From a virus (taxonomy: Duplodnaviria; Caudoviricetes): 41,182 nt of DNA. The stretch lies in IMG/VR virus record IMGVR_UViG_3300032233_003247, positions 1 to 41,182 of that record. One strand, given 5' to 3'. This document shows, piece by piece, positions 7,299 to 15,760 of this stretch; the first letter of the stretch is position 1, and every line of letters begins with the position of its first letter. A program made the position numbers and the translations under genes. The notes beneath the pieces were generated by a model that saw only the letters and a program-made list of their open reading frames with translations, made no database searches and was not told where the DNA came from.

Positions 7299-8199
7299 AA
7301 TCCCAAAGCTTTCACCACTTAAACAAGGTTACAAAACAGCCGAAAGGCTGATGACTGAAACCGACTCATACAACTTATCTGTTGGCTCACCTACATTTAA
7401 AAAACGCCTTGCTGCTGAAGGCGTAACTCTTCGTCAAACCCCTGGTCAGTTTGCTGGTGCGTACGCAGCACGTTTAGTTGCTGACGTTACAAATGATGGT
7501 ACACGTTCTCAGTGGTGGCGTTTCAATCATCCAGAAGCACTTAAAAATAAACTAGTTGAATCAGCAATTGGCAAAGAGGCGGCCCAAGAAATGGGACCGA
7601 TTAAAAAAGGTTTGTTGATGACTTCGGTCCTTGGTCCTTCGGCGGCGGTGACCGGTGCATACGACCTTACAAACGTTGGACAGCAATTTAGACCTGCTGG
7701 CTTTGCGCAAGCCTATGCCGAAGAGGGCTCGGAAGATCGCAGAGAAACATCACAACCGGTACCTGAATTATTTGAACGTTTCTTTTTAGGGCGTACGGGA
7801 CGCCCACTTGCATATGAAGAAGCTAAAAAAGACATTCCTGATTTAACTCCTCAACGGTATGGTGATTTTCTTAGAAATTATTATCAAGACAAAGGTGTTT
7901 TAGGTGTTTTAAAAGCAACGCCAGAAAATTTACAAGGTGTACCAGAAGTTCGTCTTCTAGGTTTTCCTGTAACCATTCCATCAGTAACCGCTGCTGCTGG
8001 TGGTGCCGCTGCAGTTGGTGCAGCGACACGTTTGATAAAAGGTCCAGGACGTTTTGGTAAGGCTGCTGCCGCCGGTCTTGTAGGCTCATTGGGAGGTGTT
8101 GCATTTGGTAATTTAGTTAATGAAATAATTGCGCAAGCAAATCGTCCAACATTACCAACAACTGATGAGTATCAAAGCATGAATACTGATAGAATTTAA
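7291..8199 (+). CDS. Gly/Ala-rich putative internal virion protein
   Basis: 302 aa with C-terminal glycine-zipper hydrophobic helices. Confidence 0.7.
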   Translation: MAEIPKLSPLKQGYKTAERLMTETDSYNLSVGSPTFKKRLAAEGVTLRQTPGQFAGAYAARLVADVTNDGTRSQWWRFNHPEALKNKLVESAIGKEAAQEMGPIKKGLLMTSVLGPSAAVTGAYDLTNVGQQFRPAGFAQAYAEEGSEDRRETSQPVPELFERFFLGRTGRPLAYEEAKKDIPDLTPQRYGDFLRNYYQDKGVLGVLKATPENLQGVPEVRLLGFPVTIPSVTAAAGGAAAVGAATRLIKGPGRFGKAAAAGLVGSLGGVAFGNLVNEIIAQANRPTLPTTDEYQSMNTDRI

Positions 8200-8223
8200 A
8201 TAACAAGACATAACCGTAAGTAG

Positions 8224-9069
8224 ATGGTAATGCCGCAATTTGGTCAAATACCTGGCTTGCCTGTTGGTCCACAGCCATTTAATTTAGAACCTCCCACCGC
8301 TGATTCTTTTGCTGCACGGGCACGAGAAGAGATGAAGCAAAGACTTGGTGGAGCAAAACAAGCTGGCAAAGAAGTTCTACAGCAAGGCAGTCAATTTGTT
8401 CAGGGGTTAGCAGAAAGGCCTGGTCTTGGCCGGGCTGCTTTTCTTGGTGGTTTGATTCCAGGTGTTTTAGCTGCTGGTAGTGAACTACAAGAAGGTCGCC
8501 CTGCAGGTGCTGCTGCTGCCCTGGGTGCAGGAGCCCTTACTTCAGGCATTGGAACTGCTCTTTTAAAAGCACCTAACCCGCTTGCCAAACTTGCAGGTGG
8601 TGCCTTGATGTTGGGTGGCATGGCAATCCCTGGCATGGCAGCTCAAGGTGCTGAGTCAATCCGTCAAGACGTTACTGGAAAGCCAACAAAAGGCAGAGAG
8701 GGTGAGTTTTCAACCCAAATGGCAATGAATCGTGAGATGGGTGAGCTAGGCGCAACACAGTACCGGGATCAAATGGGTACCTATGTAAGTGCTACCAAAG
8801 ATTTATCTCAGTACTATTCCAATCAAGCATATACAGATCTTCAACGTAATATTCCTTTAATTAATAAAATGAAAAACGCTGACTTAATTCGTCAGCAAGC
8901 ATTGATTAATACCCAAGGTCAGCAGTATGCAATGCTTGGCACACTGGCAACTGCAGGTCAGTTAGCAACTGGTGCTCAAGCAGAGACTGGTGCTACGTTG
9001 CGTACTGCACTACAAACTAATCCTTATGCAGGTTCTACTTTACAGGCCCCTGCAATTCGCTTTGGTTGA
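8224..9069 (+). CDS. Gly/Ala-rich putative internal virion (ejection) protein
   Basis: 281 aa; hydrophobic G/A helices followed by a Q/A-rich helical region. Confidence 0.7.
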   Translation: MVMPQFGQIPGLPVGPQPFNLEPPTADSFAARAREEMKQRLGGAKQAGKEVLQQGSQFVQGLAERPGLGRAAFLGGLIPGVLAAGSELQEGRPAGAAAALGAGALTSGIGTALLKAPNPLAKLAGGALMLGGMAIPGMAAQGAESIRQDVTGKPTKGREGEFSTQMAMNREMGELGATQYRDQMGTYVSATKDLSQYYSNQAYTDLQRNIPLINKMKNADLIRQQALINTQGQQYAMLGTLATAGQLATGAQAETGATLRTALQTNPYAGSTLQAPAIRFG

Positions 9070-9071
9070 TC

Positions 9072-9599
9072 ATGACGAGTACTTTTCCTAATATCCCTGG
9101 ATTAAATATTGGCTCTGGTGGTGGCTTTGCTTCAACCCTTCCCAATGTTCCTGGTATTTCGTCTTTTATGCCGCAGGGATTTCCTCCTGGAGGCATAACA
9201 GGCGCATTCACGGGATCTACATCACCTTCAATTGCAGGTAGTTGGGTTGATCCAGAAAAAATAAAACAGTATAAGGAACTTTTTGGGGAGTCAGGTCCTT
9301 TGATTGGTTTCTTAGAACAACGTGCAACTTACGAACAAGATCCACAACGTCTAAAAGAAAAACTAGATATTCTTGGGCCATACCAAAAAGATGTTGCAGA
9401 AACCAATCAAAAATTAGGTTTACAATCTTTAATGGCAGGAACTTTATTCAAGGGTATTCCGGATACCATCAAAGATTACAATATGGCAAAAGTATATGGA
9501 CTAGCCAACCAGACACATGATTTAGCGGCTTATCAAACAGATAGGAATCCATCCGCTTATAGTGGACTTAGGTATCGTATTGGTGGAGGAGCTAGGTAA
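9072..9599 (+). CDS. Hypothetical protein
   Basis: ORF with a duplicated ST(F/L)PN(I/V)PG motif; ATG at 9072 preferred to TTG 9066. Confidence 0.7.
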   Translation: MTSTFPNIPGLNIGSGGGFASTLPNVPGISSFMPQGFPPGGITGAFTGSTSPSIAGSWVDPEKIKQYKELFGESGPLIGFLEQRATYEQDPQRLKEKLDILGPYQKDVAETNQKLGLQSLMAGTLFKGIPDTIKDYNMAKVYGLANQTHDLAAYQTDRNPSAYSGLRYRIGGGAR

Positions 9600-10066
9600 T
9601 GGCATTTGCTTTACCCGCAGCAATGGGTAGTATTTTTTCCGCAGGAGCTCCTGCATTCGGTGCTGCGCAAGCCGCTGGTGGTGCTGCCGCTGCTGGCGCC
9701 GCAGGTGCCGGTGCAGCAGGCGCTGCAGGTCTTGGGGGAATGCTGAGTACAGGCCTTAGTGCTCTTGGTGGGCCAGTTGGTCTTGGTATAGCTGGAATCA
9801 ACACGTTGGCAAGCATAATTGGTGGCCAGCAAGCTGAACAAGCCATGCAAGATATGCGTACATATCAATTTGGTTCTAATATATTTAGTAAATCGTTTGA
9901 TGATTTTCTAGATTTTAATAAAGCCAAAAATGAAATTGCTTTGGCAAATTCTCCGCAGGCTCGTCAACTTGCAAGCAGTGATTTTCGTAAAGATTTAGCA
10001 GGTAAATACGCAGATCCCTTTACACGTTCATCCGCCTCTCGGTTCTCTGGTTCCTCTTACGGGTAA
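9599..10066 (+). CDS. Ala/Gly-rich pilot/ejection-like protein
   Basis: N-terminal AAGAAG low-complexity hydrophobic region then a helical tail, the layout of DNA pilot/ejection proteins (inference). Confidence 0.65.
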   Translation: MAFALPAAMGSIFSAGAPAFGAAQAAGGAAAAGAAGAGAAGAAGLGGMLSTGLSALGGPVGLGIAGINTLASIIGGQQAEQAMQDMRTYQFGSNIFSKSFDDFLDFNKAKNEIALANSPQARQLASSDFRKDLAGKYADPFTRSSASRFSGSSYG

Positions 10067-10071
10067 TTATT

Positions 10072-10638
10072 ATGGCTGACAATCCTGATATCGGTCTTAC
10101 TACAGACATGGTTAAAAAGTTTGCTAAAAGCAAACCCGGTGATTTTTTTCCATCTTTTGAACAAGCGATTCGGTTAGGACAAGAAACCCCAGAGTCGGCA
10201 GCTACTGCATTTAGGAATGAAGCCAGCGTTCGTCGTTGGAACCCTAAAAAAACAGAAACTTTTGCACGTATGCTATCTGGGATGCAACCCATAGCTATTA
10301 ATCCAGAACGTTATAAAGCTTTTACGCCTATTGCTCAAAAATCATATATTGATATCTTGGGACGCGAGGCGACCCCTGATGAGATTGCCCAACAAATATC
10401 TTATGCAAGCTCACGGCGAATCAGCCCATCAGACCCTGGCGCGTTTGAAGCTTTTATGGGGGATGTATTAAGTACTTCCCGTGAAGGCCAAGCAAAAATT
10501 AAAACCCCAGATGATTTCACTGCTGAAAGACTATATGGAACTATGCAACGTGATGCACAAGGTAATTTAATTCGTGGGCGCTATGCATTTAATGCAGAAG
10601 AAGTTGGCAGGGCTGCTAATGCAATGCTAGGTAATTAA
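10072..10638 (+). CDS. Hypothetical protein
   Basis: 188-aa ORF containing Y.DILGREATPDEI, reminiscent of DUF4214-like repeats. Confidence 0.7.
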   Translation: MADNPDIGLTTDMVKKFAKSKPGDFFPSFEQAIRLGQETPESAATAFRNEASVRRWNPKKTETFARMLSGMQPIAINPERYKAFTPIAQKSYIDILGREATPDEIAQQISYASSRRISPSDPGAFEAFMGDVLSTSREGQAKIKTPDDFTAERLYGTMQRDAQGNLIRGRYAFNAEEVGRAANAMLGN

Positions 10639-10678
10639 TCAATATAGTTTAAAATAAAAACAAGAATCCGTAAATGCC

Positions 10679-11344
10679 ATGCCTGTAAAAAGTGCCCAAG
10701 ACTATTTAACGCAATACGCTAAAGATAAAAAAATCACACTTAGCGAGGTAAAAAATTTTCAAAATTTAGGCTTTGATTTAAACGAACTTAATAAATTTGT
10801 TGCAGACAGCCCTGATATTGTTTACAAACCTAAAGCAGAAATTTATTACAAAGAAAATATACCCCAACCCACAAAAGCTGAAGAACCTGTTAAGCTTCCG
10901 GATCAAACAGTAACCTACACTAATCCCGCAACAGGCGAGACAGGTCTTAGTATTCCAGAAATAGACTCAGCTGGAAAAGTAGCTGTGGCAACGATAGCCA
11001 AAGATGCAGCTACTGAAGTAGAAAAAGCCAGAGGAGAATGGGGTTATAAAACGCAAGGCCTGGCTTCAGAGGCGGCTAGAGCTGTTGGTTTTCGTCAAGC
11101 AGAAGCAACTGAAAAAGCTACGGAAATTGAAAGCCAAGGACGGCTTAATCTTCAAAACATTATCAATGCCGGATTAAAAGATGTAAGTGAAATTCAAGGT
11201 AGAACAGAAAGAGATGTAACCAAAATTGGCGGAGAGTATGCCGTGAAAGGAGAAGAAACTCGTCAGTCAGGGCAACGGGATATTTCTCGTATTGGCGCCA
11301 ACGCTGCGGTTATGCAGGGCTTGGTGAATGCGTTTAGTTTTTAA
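10679..11344 (+). CDS. Hypothetical helical protein
   Basis: 221-aa ORF; TAAAAT at 10650. Confidence 0.75.
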   Translation: MPVKSAQDYLTQYAKDKKITLSEVKNFQNLGFDLNELNKFVADSPDIVYKPKAEIYYKENIPQPTKAEEPVKLPDQTVTYTNPATGETGLSIPEIDSAGKVAVATIAKDAATEVEKARGEWGYKTQGLASEAARAVGFRQAEATEKATEIESQGRLNLQNIINAGLKDVSEIQGRTERDVTKIGGEYAVKGEETRQSGQRDISRIGANAAVMQGLVNAFSF

Positions 11345-11399
11345 ATTTTAATTTAGAATAAACGTAACCTTGTTATAATTAGTAAAAAGGTTTTATCTC

Positions 11400-11654
11400 A
11401 TGGCTTACGCCGACAACATTTCTCAAATTGATGCAGCTCTTAAAGCTGGTCAAATTGATGCTGCAACTGCTGCTGACCTTAAAAAACAAGCAGCCCAGCA
11501 AGAATTTGGTGCCAAATCTTTTGACATTAATGAATTCCAGGGTCTTCTTGATAAGTTGGAAGGATCTAAAATTCGTCAAAAGCGTAACGAATCCGTTGAG
11601 GCTCGTCGTAACACGATGACTCAGGGCTTGGCTAGCATGATGAGCAACTTCTGA
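11400..11654 (+). CDS. Small helical protein
   Basis: 84 aa; TATAAT at 11374. Confidence 0.75.
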   Translation: MAYADNISQIDAALKAGQIDAATAADLKKQAAQQEFGAKSFDINEFQGLLDKLEGSKIRQKRNESVEARRNTMTQGLASMMSNF

Positions 11655-11815
11655 TGCAAGCATCAGCCGCTGATCCTCATTTCTCAAACGAGGGTGTTGA
11701 CTTAGGTCAATACGAAAAAGCGGCTTCACTTGCTTATAAGTTTGCCAAACAACGTGCCGAAAAAGATCAATCAAAAGAATCGGAAGATTCCCTTGATCAA
11801 AAAAGTAATTTTTAA
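11654..11815 (+). CDS. Small protein (53 aa, not in ORF track)
   Basis: MQASAADPHFSNEGVDLGQYEKAASLAYKFAKQRAEK...; TGATG coupling with upstream stop. Confidence 0.65.
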   Translation: MQASAADPHFSNEGVDLGQYEKAASLAYKFAKQRAEKDQSKESEDSLDQKSNF

Positions 11816-11827
11816 TTAGTTATTGTC

Positions 11828-12112
11828 ATGGCTGATACTTCTTCAACATTTGCGGATGATCTATCAAGTGATCCGTATGCTTTATTGTTTGATGAAGATA
11901 AAGCGCGACAAGCCGCTAGTGCTGCTAAGATCTTTCAAGATGTTTCTGTCGGCTCGACAATAAAGAAAGGAGAAGCTGCTGGTGAACAAGAACGTGAGAC
12001 CATCGGTAAAGGAGCAGAAGAGCAACGAGCTTCTGCCACTCAGCAACAAGAGTTCAAGCAAAGAGACGAAGAGCGAGATTATAACCAGGCCCAGCGAGCA
12101 TATCGATATTGA
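11828..12112 (+). CDS. Small acidic helical protein
   Basis: 94-aa ATG ORF. Confidence 0.7.
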   Translation: MADTSSTFADDLSSDPYALLFDEDKARQAASAAKIFQDVSVGSTIKKGEAAGEQERETIGKGAEEQRASATQQQEFKQRDEERDYNQAQRAYRY

Positions 12113-12599
12113 GTTATTTGACCAATGGGTCGATAATTTAACATGTGCCGAACAAGAAGCATTTTTAGCTTTTGCTTCAGACAACTTTTCAATTATTGAA
12201 AGCTTTCTTTATGCCCGTTTCCTTGGGTATAGAGGGAGCATTATTTCGTGTGAGTTGTGGATTAAATCTCGATATAAAAAACCAGATCATCGCAAAACAC
12301 TCTTGTATGAGATTGAAGAAATGCAAGAAGACATTAGAAAATTGCGTGACGATATTGATAATAGTGTTGTTAAACGTGATGCAGGAGTTGCTCGTATTGC
12401 ATCAATGCAAAAAGAGTTGCGAGGCACAATTGCTCAAGTAGAAACGTTCAGCAACACCAAAGACCGTAAGGGGTTGTTAATGGCTGGAGCTGATCGTGCC
12501 ATTCGTGAGTTAATGTTTATTTTTAAAGATGATCCTATTGAAATTCCTTTGGAAGAAGCGTCCATGAGTGTATGGGCACGTATGCAGCTTGAAGAATAA
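11982..12599 (+). CDS. Hypothetical protein, candidate terminase small subunit
   Basis: Helical/coiled-coil protein two genes upstream of terL; start uncertain; function inferred from position only. Confidence 0.5.
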   Translation: MNKNVRPSVKEQKSNELLPLSNKSSSKETKSEIITRPSEHIDIELFDQWVDNLTCAEQEAFLAFASDNFSIIESFLYARFLGYRGSIISCELWIKSRYKKPDHRKTLLYEIEEMQEDIRKLRDDIDNSVVKRDAGVARIASMQKELRGTIAQVETFSNTKDRKGLLMAGADRAIRELMFIFKDDPIEIPLEEASMSVWARMQLEE

Positions 12600-12617
12600 T
12601 TACCTTAAAATAAATAC

Positions 12618-12950
12618 ATGGTTGACCAACGCCCTGTTACAGTACCCGGTGAAAATGGCCAGATTGCTGGACGGTTGATGGATGTTGTTCGTCAACTGCA
12701 GAAAAACCGTGAGTCTGCTGCCGGTATCTTACGTCCTTTTCCGCTTGCACAGAATGTTGCTGGCGGCGCAGAAGTAATGTCCGCTTTACATGCCGCCAAA
12801 CAAAATGAGCAAAAACAAAATGCCGCCCCAGCTCCTGGAGCACTTCAAAAAGAAAGAAGCCAAGAACAAGGATGGCAGCGAAATGTCGGACAAGGAAAAA
12901 CGCCAGGCCGCCCTGGACAAGGCCCGCAAATATCAGGAGCAAAACCGTAA
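12618..12950 (+). CDS. Hypothetical protein
   Basis: 110 aa; TAAAAT ends 6 nt before ATG (possibly leaderless). Confidence 0.65.
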   Translation: MVDQRPVTVPGENGQIAGRLMDVVRQLQKNRESAAGILRPFPLAQNVAGGAEVMSALHAAKQNEQKQNAAPAPGALQKERSQEQGWQRNVGQGKTPGRPGQGPQISGAKP

Positions 12951-12995
12951 ATCTAAAAAGTAAGTTAGTATTCAGTAATACCCTGAATACTTGTT

Positions 12996-14522
12996 GTGCC
13001 TTCATACCAGCACCTTGCTTATCGACGTAATGCTAAGGCTGCAGCACGCAAGCAACAGATTAGAGTACCAAAAAATCTTGAGCTTTTAGAAAAAGCACGT
13101 GAAGATTTTGGGTTCTTTTGTGAGTATGTAGCAGATAAACCGCCAGCGCAACACCATCAAAATTGGCATCATCATTTCATTACTGAACAAGATAGTAATT
13201 GTTTAATTAAAATTGCAGGTCCCAACATTGACTTGTTAGCTCCAAGGGGAAGTGCCAAGTCCACAGTCCTTGGCCTACTTACAGCATGGGCTATTGGCAT
13301 TCATACAACTGCTAAGCTTCCTTTGCAAGTTTTGTATCTTTCTTATACGGTTGATATTGCTCGTTCCAAATCAGCAACCATTAAACGAATTATTGAAAGC
13401 AAACGCTATCAAGAAGTTTTTCCAACCGTAAGACTTTTAAAAAATGTAACCAGTAATGAGTACTGGTCGATTGATCATAAATTTGCAGGCATTGATGTTA
13501 CTGGTGATGAACAATTTACTCTTTGCGCAGCGGGCCTCAAAGGTTCAGTGACATCCAAACGTTCTCATTTAGTAATGATTGATGACGCCATTAAATCTGC
13601 CGCTGATATTGCAAACCCAGACATCAGAAAAATGATGCAAGATAATTGGAATGCTGTTATTGCACCAACAATGTTTGAAGGAGCCCGCGCAATTTGTCTT
13701 GGTACCAGGTTTCGACATGACGACATTCATGCCACAACTTTTAACGAACAAAACAACTGGACGCAAATTGTTCTTTCAGCTATTCAAAACAATGTCAAAA
13801 CCGGAGACGAAGAATCCTATTGGCCGGAGATGTGGTCGTTAGATTATTTAAAAGAAAAGAAACGACAAGCTCCAATTGCTTTTTCGTTTCAATACATGAA
13901 TCAAATTGTCAGGCAAAATGAACTTTCACTGGCGCCAGAACTTATTGTTAAGGCAGAAATTGCAACGGAGTTTGATGCCTTGGGTATTGGTGTGGACCTG
14001 TCTGCAGGTATTAAAGAAAAAAATGATTACACTGTAATGATCTTAGGTGGTCGCATTGAAGATCGTATCCACATCATTGACTACAGGCGGATCAGGGTCA
14101 TGGGTAACTTGGAAAAACTAGATGCAATGAAAGAGCTACTCAATGACTGGTCAATCCTTGGTTGTGATGAAGGCGGTAATTATTTCCCGACCTACTCTAC
14201 GTGTGATATCTGGTCGGAAGCTGTACAGTACCAAGCATCTTTAGAAGCAGATTTCAAACGTGTTTGCTTAAACAATGAAGGATTATACAACTTAATTTGG
14301 CACCCAGTTAAAGGTTTCCGTGCTGATAAACTTGCCCGTTTTAGAGGCATCATTGGCATGTTTGAAGATCGAAAGATTGTTTTTAATCGTTTCCGTAATT
14401 TTACTAGTTTGTTTGAAGAACTTACCAACTTTGGCGTAAGTGGGCATGACGACTGTGTTGATGCCCTTGTATGGTTGGTAACAGGATTAGCACGAAAAGG
14501 AAACCTTCATCTTGATTATTGA
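12996..14522 (+). CDS. terL: Terminase large subunit
   Basis: Walker A APRGSAKST, Walker B LVMIDD, GTRF motif, nuclease motifs GIGVDLS and HDDCVDA. Confidence 0.95.
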   Translation: MPSYQHLAYRRNAKAAARKQQIRVPKNLELLEKAREDFGFFCEYVADKPPAQHHQNWHHHFITEQDSNCLIKIAGPNIDLLAPRGSAKSTVLGLLTAWAIGIHTTAKLPLQVLYLSYTVDIARSKSATIKRIIESKRYQEVFPTVRLLKNVTSNEYWSIDHKFAGIDVTGDEQFTLCAAGLKGSVTSKRSHLVMIDDAIKSAADIANPDIRKMMQDNWNAVIAPTMFEGARAICLGTRFRHDDIHATTFNEQNNWTQIVLSAIQNNVKTGDEESYWPEMWSLDYLKEKKRQAPIAFSFQYMNQIVRQNELSLAPELIVKAEIATEFDALGIGVDLSAGIKEKNDYTVMILGGRIEDRIHIIDYRRIRVMGNLEKLDAMKELLNDWSILGCDEGGNYFPTYSTCDIWSEAVQYQASLEADFKRVCLNNEGLYNLIWHPVKGFRADKLARFRGIIGMFEDRKIVFNRFRNFTSLFEELTNFGVSGHDDCVDALVWLVTGLARKGNLHLDY

Positions 14523-14554
14523 TTGTAAAATAATAGAAAGAAAGACTTAATTTA

Positions 14555-14827
14555 GTGGGTCCCGAAGTGCTAGGATTTGCTTTAACAGCGATAGTTTCCG
14601 CTGTTACAGGTGGCTCATGGGTGGCCAATAAATTAATGACGCGTCATCACGAGCGTATTGTGAATCTGTATAACAGGCTTGATCACGTAGAAAATCAAGT
14701 AGAACGACTTCCGCTTGAATATGTTTTAAAAGCAGATTTCCTAAGAGAACTGCAAGTAATGCACGATAATTTTAAACAGATCAATACTAAACTTGATAAA
14801 CTTATGGAAAAGCTTTTTGAGCGATGA
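14555..14827 (+). CDS. Small membrane-anchored coiled-coil protein (holin-like candidate)
   Basis: N-terminal hydrophobic helix followed by coiled coil ending KLDKLMEKL. Confidence 0.65.
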   Translation: MGPEVLGFALTAIVSAVTGGSWVANKLMTRHHERIVNLYNRLDHVENQVERLPLEYVLKADFLRELQVMHDNFKQINTKLDKLMEKLFER

Positions 14828-15006
14828 GTTACATTCTCGAAGTCGAGGAAGATGAAAATGGTGAGCAGTTCATCACCTTACCCGAAGAAGTACTTGAAGA
14901 TCTAGGCTGGGAAGCAGGAGACGTGTTGAACTGGGACGTGAAAGGTACAGGCATTATTATCACCAAAGTTAATGATCCTGTTGGCTATGAAGTATTAGAG
15001 GATTAA
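14824..15006 (+). CDS. AbrB/MazE-like swapped-hairpin DNA-binding protein
   Basis: ITLPEEVLEDLGWEAGDVLNW matches the AbrB/SpoVT motif. Confidence 0.8.
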   Translation: MSYILEVEEDENGEQFITLPEEVLEDLGWEAGDVLNWDVKGTGIIITKVNDPVGYEVLED

Positions 15007-15031
15007 AATAAAAGAATCGAAAATATGTAAA

Positions 15032-15604
15032 ATGGTCAGATACGACGGACAATCCAGTGTTCCCGGAGCCCCAGGTAACTCCGGTGGTTTGGGCGGTGCT
15101 TTAGCCCAACGTATATATGGACAAATTGAACGAGGACAATATAATCGCCCTGGTCCCCGTGGTGCCGGTATTGTCCAACCTGAAGTGTTTATGGCGCCAT
15201 ATCCAGGAACCAAACCTGGTCAACCGACCGAGTATTTTCCTTTAGGCAATCCTGCCGCTGGTTATAGGTTCGAAGCAAAAACACCAACTGCCAACCAATA
15301 TCAAGTTGCACAAGCTTTACCTGGAGAAGCAGGTAATCTTGGTGGAATGCAAGCTTCTAACTTAGGACCTCCTATTCGTTTTGGCGCGGATGTTCAAGAT
15401 GGTACTCTTCAGAATGTCCGTGGCAATGTAAATACTCAATTAGATGAAAATCAAAGAATGAATTTTGGAGGTAACTACAATCTTCAAAATCAAAGCGGTA
15501 ATCTTAACGTTGGGTACCAAACACCCACATTTGGTCTTGATGTTAATTTTAATCGCAGTCCCCGTGGTTATGGGGTGGGTGGAAACATTACCGGCCGTTG
15601 GTAA
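15032..15604 (+). CDS. Gly/Pro-rich protein with C-terminal amphipathic beta-strands
   Basis: 190 aa ending GYGVGGNITGRW. Confidence 0.7.
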   Translation: MVRYDGQSSVPGAPGNSGGLGGALAQRIYGQIERGQYNRPGPRGAGIVQPEVFMAPYPGTKPGQPTEYFPLGNPAAGYRFEAKTPTANQYQVAQALPGEAGNLGGMQASNLGPPIRFGADVQDGTLQNVRGNVNTQLDENQRMNFGGNYNLQNQSGNLNVGYQTPTFGLDVNFNRSPRGYGVGGNITGRW

Positions 15605-15610
15605 AAAGTT

Positions 15611-15760
15611 ATGACCAAAAAAAGAAAACTAATTAAAGGAGCCCTTAAAAAACCTTGGCTTTACGCTGCAGGAGAACTAGCCTTTTTTCGCACTTGGCTA
15701 GAACACAAAAAACAACGCAAAGCTGCTAGGATGCTTGTAGACAAAGAGTGTAATAGTTAA
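15611..15760 (+). CDS. Small basic protein (49 aa, not in ORF track)
   Basis: MTKKRKLIKGALKKPWLYAAGELAFFRTWL...; TAATG coupling with portal start. Confidence 0.7.
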   Translation: MTKKRKLIKGALKKPWLYAAGELAFFRTWLEHKKQRKAARMLVDKECNS

